Shown here piece by piece: positions 1 through 5,770 of a stretch of 12,237 nucleotides of DNA. The stretch comes from Candidatus Micrarchaeota archaeon. GTDB taxonomy: Archaea > Micrarchaeota > Micrarchaeia > Anstonellales > Bilamarchaeaceae. Every line of letters starts with the position of its first letter. Positions within the stretch are counted from its first letter, which is position 1. Below the pieces are notes generated by a model. The model ran no database searches. It saw only the letters and a program-made list of their open reading frames with translations, and was not told where the DNA came from. The position numbers and the translations under genes are program-made. The DNA lies in NCBI GenBank assembly GCA_037440825.1, contig JBBITJ010000024.1, positions 1 through 12,237 of the forward strand. The letters run 5' to 3'.

Positions 1-484
1 TGGCTTTCAGCGCCTTGTAGAAGGAGCTGTTCTTGAAGGCGTCGTGCGCGAGTATCTCCTCTTTGGCTATCTTGTAGTCGTCGAGGCTGAGCTCCTGCCC
101 TTCCTCTATCTTCTTCCATATCGCCTTCATGGGCTCGGAATTCCAGACCGCGGGGTCGAGGCCCACGAATTTGCTCGCCTTGTCCACGGCCTGGTTCTTG
201 TCCTCCAGGTACGGCTTGTTGAGCCCGTACGCTATGCCGTCGGTTATCGCGATGGTCATGAATTCGCGCTCGTATTCGCTCTTCTTCGGGCCTGCGGTCT
301 TGTCGTATTCCTTCGAGACCTCGGACCTCTCCTTGAGCCCTGCTATGGATTCAGCGACGCGCTTGCCGAGCTCCTCCTTGTCCTCCACGAACCTCGCGAG
401 GTCCGCGACCGTGGGTATGACGTCTATGAGCGACCACAGTATTTCGTCTTCCTTGTAGCCCTTGGCTTTCAGCGCCTTGTAGAA
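1..484. repeat. Exact 22-nt direct repeat TGGCTTTCAGCGCCTTGTAGAA at 1-22 and 463-484 (encodes FYKALKA twice, 154 codons apart)
   Basis: Direct comparison of the two segments; the left copy is cut by the window edge. Confidence 0.85.
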
Positions 485-2008
485 CTCGCTTTCCTTTATC
501 TGCGCCTTGACCTCCAGCATCTTCTTCGGGTCGTGGAGCATGAGCAGGTCCTCGAACCTTATGTTGAATACCCCTCCTGCGCGGTCCAGGGAATCTACGA
601 GCTTGCTCCTCCACTCCTTTTCTCCGTACTGCTCCTGCGCCTCCTTGAGCTGATTGGGCATGAAGAAGTACGCGAAGATTGCGTCGCCTTTGTCAAGGCT
701 GATGCCCGCGTTCTTCTTGAGGGCCTCCATGTAAGCGTCCAGCACCTTCTCCTGCCATTTCCCGAGCGCCTTCACCTTCTCCTCGGTGGGCGTCTTGGGC
801 GTGAGTATGATCTTGAGCAGCTCTATTTCGAGGTCGTGGTTGGCCTTGGGGTCTGCCAGCGCCAGGTAGCTCAGCTGCGGCTGGAGCGGCGCGGTGGCGA
901 AACCCACTATGTCCAGGTGCTTCTTTATGCTGCTCGGATAGCTGTAGCGCGCGAAATACACCGCGTTGTCGGAAAGGTAGCGCATGAGCACGTCGTCTAT
1001 GAATCCCTGGAAGTTATCCTTGGTTATCTTCCCGGGGTACTGCATTATGCGCTCTCCTATGTAGTATATCAGGTATCTCTTGAAGTCCTCGCTCTCGTTC
1101 GCCTTGAAGAAGTACATGTGCTTGTCGTCGAACTTGCTCTCTATCTTGTCGATGAAGTCCTTGTCCTTGGTCTCCCTGGCGAGCTCCACTATCTTCCTTG
1201 GCGCCTCGTCCAGGTACTTCTTCACCACTTCAGTGAGCTCCTTTATGTTGCCTTCGTATTTCCCGCCCGCCGCGACCTCCCTTCCCTTTACGAACGCGGA
1301 GACGAAGAAGCCCTCTATCTCGCTCTTCTTCCCGAATAGGCTCTCCTTTATGGATTTCGCGACGTCGTCCGTGCTTCCCGTGGTCTTGGCCGGATTGAGG
1401 TATTCCAAAACACCCTTGACGTAGTCAGCGTAGAGCTTCTTGAGCTCCTCGGGCTCGCCCTTGGCGTCAGCTATCGCATTCAGGAGCCCAAGCTCCACGG
1501 AACCGAGCAGCAGCACGAACGGCCTGTTTATCTTCTGCGTCTGCCCCGCTACGTAGACCTCGATTTCGGATTTGGTGAGGTTGTTGAACATGACCTTTTT
1601 TATTATGTCGTCCGCTTTCTTGCCAGTTATCCCCGCGGATTCGAGGTTGTCCTTCATCGCTATCGCAGCCCTCATCGCGCCGCTTATGCTCACGCGCAGC
1701 GTCTGCGCCTCTTCCTCGCTGAATTTCTTCTTCTCTATGTTGCTGAAAATCTTCTCGACGTCGCCGAGCTTCGTCCTCAGGATGCTCCTCCACAGGAAGC
1801 CTATCCCGTACTCTGCCATCCTCTCCTTGAGCTCCTCGCTGTTCCGCACCCCTGTCTTGGATATGAACTCTTCTACAAGCTGCTTGGGCACCCCTAGTTC
1901 AACCAGCGGCTTTGCCATCTCTGCAGAGGATTCCTTTTTCACAGGCACTACTTTTTCTATCTCCTTCTCGATTTCCTGATCCTTCTGCATAGGTACCGCT
2001 TCACCCAT
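1..2008 (-). CDS. Large hypothetical protein (>669 aa, Lys/Glu-rich, predicted alpha-helical), 3' end outside the window
   Basis: Manual translation from ATG at 2008 (MGEAVPMQKDQEIEKEIEKVVPVKKESSAEMAKPLVELGVP...) stays open to base 2 (...HDAFKNSSFYKALKA). GGTGG SD just upstream; codon usage like neighbouring genes. Missing from the ORF track because it has no stop in the window. No recognisable catalytic motif. Confidence 0.9.
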   Translation of the reverse strand, partial: MGEAVPMQKDQEIEKEIEKVVPVKKESSAEMAKPLVELGVPKQLVEEFISKTGVRNSEELKERMAEYGIGFLWRSILRTKLGDVEKIFSNIEKKKFSEEEAQTLRVSISGAMRAAIAMKDNLESAGITGKKADDIIKKVMFNNLTKSEIEVYVAGQTQKINRPFVLLLGSVELGLLNAIADAKGEPEELKKLYADYVKGVLEYLNPAKTTGSTDDVAKSIKESLFGKKSEIEGFFVSAFVKGREVAAGGKYEGNIKELTEVVKKYLDEAPRKIVELARETKDKDFIDKIESKFDDKHMYFFKANESEDFKRYLIYYIGERIMQYPGKITKDNFQGFIDDVLMRYLSDNAVYFARYSYPSSIKKHLDIVGFATAPLQPQLSYLALADPKANHDLEIELLKIILTPKTPTEEKVKALGKWQEKVLDAYMEALKKNAGISLDKGDAIFAYFFMPNQLKEAQEQYGEKEWRSKLVDSLDRAGGVFNIRFEDLLMLHDPKKMLEVKAQIKESEFYKALKAKGYKEDEILWSLIDVIPTVADLARFVEDKEELGKRVAESIAGLKERSEVSKEYDKTAGPKKSEYEREFMTIAITDGIAYGLNKPYLEDKNQAVDKASKFVGLDPAVWNSEPMKAIWKKIEEGQELSLDDYKIAKEEILAHDAFKNSSFYKALKA

Positions 2009-2023
2009 CTTTCCACCTTTTGA

Positions 2024-2470
2024 CTACTTACTATAACTTTTGCCTTTTATAAAGCTTGCGAAGAAATACGCCAGCACGAGCACGCCTGCCGCCGCCAGCA
2101 CTATCGCGAGCTCGGTGCTGCCCTGTTCCTCCTTTTTCACCGCTATCTCTTCTTCGATTTCCTTGGGCAGGGTGAAATTGACCGCGAGCCGCGCGAACTC
2201 GTTCTTCTGGCTCACGGCCCTGACTTCGTATATGCCCTCAACGTTGTTGTGCGGCACGAAAAACGGGTAGGGGAGCATCACGTCGTTGCGCTGCAGCCCC
2301 TCTATCTGCACTCCGTCCCTGAAAACGAAAAGCGTGAGGTTAGTGAGCTCGTATCTCGGTCCGTCCACTATGAAAACCAGCTGGCCTTCATTCTCAGCAG
2401 AAGAAATGTTGAGGGAGAAACTGGAAGAGACGAGAAGCGCGAGCAATGCTATAATCGCCAGTTTCCCCAT
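2024..2470 (-). CDS. Small secreted/membrane-anchored protein (signal peptide, beta-rich ectodomain, C-terminal TM helix plus basic tail)
   Basis: N-terminal MGKLAIIALLALLVSSSFS; C-terminal LAIVLAAAGVLVLAYFFASFI followed by KGKSYSK; TATA-like box 21-29 nt upstream; 15-nt gap to the next ORF. Confidence 0.85.
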   Translation of the reverse strand: MGKLAIIALLALLVSSSFSLNISSAENEGQLVFIVDGPRYELTNLTLFVFRDGVQIEGLQRNDVMLPYPFFVPHNNVEGIYEVRAVSQKNEFARLAVNFTLPKEIEEEIAVKKEEQGSTELAIVLAAAGVLVLAYFFASFIKGKSYSK

Positions 2471-2490
2471 GCCTGCTTATCTCTCGCTTG

Positions 2491-2499
2491 TTTTAAAAA
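2491..2499 (-). promoter_or_regulatory. Candidate TATA box (TTTTTAAAA) for a leaderless 2470 transcript
   Basis: AT-rich box 21-29 nt upstream of the ATG at 2470; no SD before that ATG. Confidence 0.5.
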
Positions 2500-2540
2500 C
2501 TTATATCCCGTGCTCCTCGCACAGCTTCGCTCAGAAGAAC

Positions 2541-3854
2541 CTAAATTTCATATTCTTCAGACAGCTTCGGCACCACGACCTCGTAGTCCTTCTCCAGGTC
2601 CTCCTTGAGCTCCTCTCCCTTCTCCCCGTGGACGAGGAACACCCTCTTGAGCCCTTTGGTGCCCCTGATGAACTGCAAAAGCTCGTTGCGGTCCGCGTGC
2701 CCGGAGATGCGTATGTTCTCTATCTTCATCTGCAGCTCGACCTCCTTTTCCCCGAGCTTCACCTTCTTCTCACCGTTGAGTAGCCTCCGCCCCAGCGTGC
2801 CTTCGGCCTGGTAGCCGATTATGATGAGCTTGTTCTTCGGGTCGTCGTGCATCCTCTCCAGGTATATGAGCGCAGGGCCTCCGAGCAGCATGCCGCTCGT
2901 GGTTATTATTATCGCAGGCTCCTGGAAAACGTCCTTCCTGTCCTTGCTCTTGGGGATGTGGAAGAACCTGCTCTTGAACGGGTCGTCGTCGCTCGTGAGT
3001 ATCCTCATCTTGATTGACTCGCTGGCGTAAATCACGTTCTGCCTGTATATGCGCATGGCCTTGCCTATCATGCCGTCTATGTATATCGGCGCCTTCACGA
3101 GCGCTCCGGAGCGCATGTAGTCCTCCAGGGCAAGGAGCATCTCCTGCGCCCTTCCGACCGCGAAGCTCGGGACCAATACGAAACCGCCTGCCTTGAGCGT
3201 CTCGTTTATGCTGTCCATGAACTTCTTCATGGAATCCTTGGCGCTGGGAAGGATATCCTCCTTCCCTCCGTAAGTGCTCTCCACTATCAGCGTGTCCGCG
3301 TGGATTCCACGTTCGGCGCCTTCCATTATGCGCGTGTTGCGCATGCTTATGTCCCCGGTGTATAGGACCTTCTTCCCATCGTCTTCCGCAAGCGCCATCG
3401 CGCTTCCGAGGATGTGGCCTGCGTTGTGCAGCGTCACGTCGAAGCCCGCATTGAAAACCTTGCCGAACTCCTGTATGGAGGCGTGCTGCATCACTTCGTT
3501 CACGTCGCTTTCGCTGAAGTAGAGCTTCTGTTCCCTGAGTTTCTGTATCTTGAGGTAATCCGCGAGCAGGACGCCCATGAGGTCCCTCGTGGGCTTTGTC
3601 ACGAAAAACCTAGGAGGAGTGAACTCTTTAGCGTATATGTGCGGCACGAACCCGGAATGGTCGAGGTGGGCGTGGCTTATGAATACGTTCCTGATATCCG
3701 CCAGCTTCTCCTCAGGAATGAGCGGAAGCTCCACTTTCTCCCCGAGCTTTATTCCCGCGTCGAACAGGAGGTTCTTCTCCCCCTTTTCAAGCAGGACCGC
3801 GGACCTTCCGACCTCGCTGGCCCCTCCGTAGAATGTTAGTTTCATCTTTTCCAT
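2541..3854 (-). CDS. MBL-fold beta-CASP ribonuclease, aCPSF1-like core without N-terminal KH domains
   Basis: Motifs DAG, SHAHLDHSG (HxHxDH), NAGHILGS, YTGD, ESTYG, PSFAVGRAQE, TTSGMLLGGP, GYQAEGTLGR, SGHAD, VHGE; 437 aa beginning directly at the MBL domain. Confidence 0.95.
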   Translation of the reverse strand: MEKMKLTFYGGASEVGRSAVLLEKGEKNLLFDAGIKLGEKVELPLIPEEKLADIRNVFISHAHLDHSGFVPHIYAKEFTPPRFFVTKPTRDLMGVLLADYLKIQKLREQKLYFSESDVNEVMQHASIQEFGKVFNAGFDVTLHNAGHILGSAMALAEDDGKKVLYTGDISMRNTRIMEGAERGIHADTLIVESTYGGKEDILPSAKDSMKKFMDSINETLKAGGFVLVPSFAVGRAQEMLLALEDYMRSGALVKAPIYIDGMIGKAMRIYRQNVIYASESIKMRILTSDDDPFKSRFFHIPKSKDRKDVFQEPAIIITTSGMLLGGPALIYLERMHDDPKNKLIIIGYQAEGTLGRRLLNGEKKVKLGEKEVELQMKIENIRISGHADRNELLQFIRGTKGLKRVFLVHGEKGEELKEDLEKDYEVVVPKLSEEYEI

Positions 3855-3915
3855 TTTTCACTTTGACCTCTGTACGATTAACACCCTGACATTTCAGTTT
3901 TTTTGCTTTGAGAAC

Positions 3916-4000
3916 GGAAAATCCGGAGCGCGCCAGCGATCCGCACTTCCCGACCTGTTCAGATGCCTCCCGCTGCCCGTCTTTCGATGGGCAACGGGAG
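3916..4000 (-). promoter_or_regulatory. Structured 5' leader of the beta-CASP gene: GAAA-tetraloop hairpin (3967-4000) and a second, weaker hairpin (3916-3950)
   Basis: Minus strand CUCCCGUUGCCCAUC-GAAA-GACGGGCAGCGGGAG: 15-position stem with one G-U and one A-C mismatch. Second: GGAAG-UG-CGGAUCGC-UGGC-GCGCUCCG-GA-UUUUCC, followed by GUUCUC. Confidence 0.55.
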
Positions 4001-4021
4001 TAGTACAATCTTTTTCATCAT
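3959..4021 (-). CDS. Putative leader peptide/uORF (M)MKKIVLLPLPIERRAAGGI
   Basis: In-frame ATGs at 4021 and 4018 lie 18-21 nt downstream of TATA box TTTATATT (4046-4039), where a leaderless start is expected; TGA at 3961-3959. Confidence 0.45.
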   Translation of the reverse strand: MMKKIVLLPLPIERRAAGGI

Positions 4022-4038
4022 TAACTACTCAGGAAGAG

Positions 4039-4067
4039 AATATAAACCTTTGGTTGTAGCCAAAGGT
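4039..4067 (-). promoter_or_regulatory. TATA box (TTTATATT, 4046-4039) with abutting palindrome ACCTTTGG-N6-CCAAAGGT (4046-4067)
   Basis: Best TATA-like match upstream of the beta-CASP gene; a perfect 8-bp inverted repeat covers the BRE position. Confidence 0.6.
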
Positions 4068-4146
4068 CGTTTGTGTAAAAACTCCATCATTTCTTTCTTG
4101 TTTTCTTCTTTGGGGCGCATCCGCCGCACATGAGCTTCACCTCTAA

Positions 4147-4174
4147 TCGTTTCGGGTTTGCCGTTTCGTGTTCT
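4147..4174. repeat. Degenerate heptamer array TCGTTTC GGGTTTG CCGTTTC GTGTTCT
   Basis: 7-nt periodicity; reverse complement of the GAAACCG-type unit found elsewhere in the window. Confidence 0.6.
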
Positions 4175-4184
4175 GCTGCTTAAC

Positions 4185-4192
4185 TTTATAAT
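4185..4192 (+). promoter_or_regulatory. TATA box TTTATAAT for the leaderless 4216 operon
   Basis: Occupies -31 to -24 relative to ATG 4216; no SD before the ATG. Confidence 0.7.
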
Positions 4193-4215
4193 TCCTGCAA
4201 TATAATAGTTTCGGT

Positions 4216-4524
4216 ATGAAGAGAGTTTACGAATGCGATTTGCAGAAGAAGAAGGACCTGATGAAGATATTGGAGGCTGACCCCTACGCGGACGACAGCT
4301 TCGCGCGCATGGGCTATAAGACCAAGGAAGGCTCGATTATCGGCGAGGACAACGCCAAGCTTTACGTCTGCCTTTCCGCTGACGAGCCATCGCTGAAAAA
4401 GGCCGAGGAGAAGCTCAAGGGCGTCGTGCAGCGCGCGAAAGAGGAAGTGGAGAAAAGGGTGGTCGCGCTCATAGAGAAGGAGGAGGAAAGCGCCACCCTG
4501 GGATTCGGGGATATTTTTGGCTGA
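4216..4524 (+). CDS. Hypothetical 102-aa protein, possible ferredoxin-like domain, with C-terminal ribosomal P-stalk-like tail (EEESATLGFGDIFG)
   Basis: Clean ORF with a well-placed TATA box. The C-terminus resembles the archaeal aP1/L12 tail (acidic run then GLxALFG-COOH); the body does not resemble the helical L12 N-domain. Confidence 0.88.
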   Translation: MKRVYECDLQKKKDLMKILEADPYADDSFARMGYKTKEGSIIGEDNAKLYVCLSADEPSLKKAEEKLKGVVQRAKEEVEKRVVALIEKEEESATLGFGDIFG

Positions 4525-5050
4525 CGAAACCGGAAACCAGAAACCGGCGACAGGAGACCGGAAGCAGATAGCCAGCCGCGGCGTCCCTGCGGACGAGGCG
4601 CTCTACCTTCCGGCGTTCAACAGTCCTGAAATACGGAGCTTCCAGGACCGCGAAGAGAATCCTGCGCGGAACCTGTGGAACCTGGACGAGATAACCAATT
4701 TCGTCTTTTCAAAGAAGTACCAGCCCAAATATTACGAGATCGCGCTGGGCTTCCTCAAGCTTCTCTCGGAACGGATAACTGTGGGCGGGGAGGAGGTTTC
4801 GGCATACGTGAAAAGCAACGCCATCTCCAAAGCCACATTCTACAACCGCGTGCTCCCCCGCCTGCGCAAGGTAGGGATGATAAAGGTGGAGCGCGAGACC
4901 GTGGTTGCGCAGGAGAGCAGGAGGAAGTTCAGGCCCATGGTCATCAGCATGAGCAAGACATTCGGAAACTATTTAATGAAGATAGGAGATTCATGGCTTG
5001 CGCTCGTGGACGACGCGCGCAGCAGGAAACAGCAGCAGACCAAGCTTTGA
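4517..5050 (+). CDS. Winged helix-turn-helix-like hypothetical protein
   Basis: TTG start overlapping the upstream stop by 8 nt, preceded by GGGGA. EEVSAYVKSNAISKATFYNRVLPRLRKVGMIKVERE fits an HTH recognition helix plus wing pattern. Confidence 0.82.
   Translation: MADETGNQKPATGDRKQIASRGVPADEALYLPAFNSPEIRSFQDREENPARNLWNLDEITNFVFSKKYQPKYYEIALGFLKLLSERITVGGEEVSAYVKSNAISKATFYNRVLPRLRKVGMIKVERETVVAQESRRKFRPMVISMSKTFGNYLMKIGDSWLALVDDARSRKQQQTKL
4526..4567 (+). repeat. Six in-frame heptamers GAAACCG GAAACCA GAAACCG GCGACAG GAGACCG GAAGCAG (42 nt, ETGNQKPATGDRKQ)
   Basis: Read directly; 7-nt period, total length divisible by 3. Confidence 0.8.
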
Positions 5051-5065
5051 CATTGAGGTGAAATT

Positions 5066-5710
5066 ATGAGAAAATACCTGGTATTGGGCTTCTTGGCGCT
5101 CGGGCTCCTTATGCTGGGCTGCACAGGACAGTCACAGTCTGGAACTGGCACAGGGGGGATAGAGGTTCCTTCGGGCGGCTCAGGAGGCGCAGGCGGCGAA
5201 ACAGGAGGCACCTTGGACAACGAGTCCAACGGGCTCGAAGGGCTGAACCTTGAAGGCATGACGTTCGACCAGATAATGGCCCTCGGAATCCCTCTGGAAT
5301 GCGACGTTGCGCAAAGCTCCGGAGGCATGGACACATCCATGACGGTGAAGTTTAAGGGAGGCAACGTGTACGCCACGGGGAACTCCACGTTCGGAGGCGA
5401 AACCGTGGAGAATACGTACCTCATAGTGGCAGGAGAAGTTTACTGGTCTGTTCCAGAAGAGAACCAGATCGGGCCTTTCATGGGCTGCCAATGGCTCAAG
5501 ATCATGCAGAACTCGACTGGCGTCGGCGAGCTTGAGTCGATTGATCCGGCTGCGCCCCTGAAAACACTGGGTTCGAATTACAACTGCAGGCCAGGCCTTT
5601 TCAGCGACAGTGTGTTCATTCCGCCCAGGGACGGCGTGTGCGACATGATGGAGAAGATGAGGGAATTCATCGCTGGCATAAACGGTACTGAAATGCCGAG
5701 CTACCAGTAG
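5066..5710 (+). CDS. Putative lipoprotein (lipobox, Gly/Ser linker, domain with four further Cys)
   Basis: GAGGTGA SD; MRKYLVLGFLALGLLMLG-C lipobox; low-complexity linker; ECD, GCQW, NCRP, VCD cysteines. Confidence 0.9.
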   Translation: MRKYLVLGFLALGLLMLGCTGQSQSGTGTGGIEVPSGGSGGAGGETGGTLDNESNGLEGLNLEGMTFDQIMALGIPLECDVAQSSGGMDTSMTVKFKGGNVYATGNSTFGGETVENTYLIVAGEVYWSVPEENQIGPFMGCQWLKIMQNSTGVGELESIDPAAPLKTLGSNYNCRPGLFSDSVFIPPRDGVCDMMEKMREFIAGINGTEMPSYQ

Positions 5711-5715
5711 CTTCC

Positions 5716-5770
5716 TTCACTTCTTTTTCTTTTTCCCTTCTTTCTCCTTCTTTTCTTTCTTTCCTTCCTT
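5716..5770 (+). terminator. Candidate U-rich terminator for the 4216-5710 operon, formed by the antisense of the Lys-rich tail of the convergent gene
   Basis: TTCTTTTTCTTTTTCCC...TTTTCTTTCTTT directly after the TAG at 5710. Confidence 0.4.

Noticed and set aside
44..1339. 431-aa plus-strand ORF
   Set aside because: Antisense shadow of the real minus-strand gene (1-2008): Leu/Val-rich composition typical of reverse-read Lys/Glu codons, with no SD or promoter.
3911..3931. Possible sixth heptamer array AGAACGG AAAATCC GGAGCGC
   Set aside because: Too degenerate to distinguish from chance, and explained as part of the leader hairpin.
3787..4008. 73-aa minus-strand ORF in the nuclease leader
   Set aside because: Non-ATG start, overlaps the nuclease start out of frame and has atypical composition; the ATG-initiated uORF at 4021/4018 fits the promoter better.
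3900..4140. tRNA, SRP RNA, RNase P RNA or known riboswitch in the intergenic region
   Set aside because: No cloverleaf/T-loop, SRP helix-8 or RNase P consensus recognisable by eye; a cmscan search would be needed to exclude these fully.
4216..4524. Calling this gene ribosomal protein P1/L12
   Set aside because: Only the tail matches; it lacks the MEYIYAALLLH-type helical N-domain and the Ala-rich hinge.
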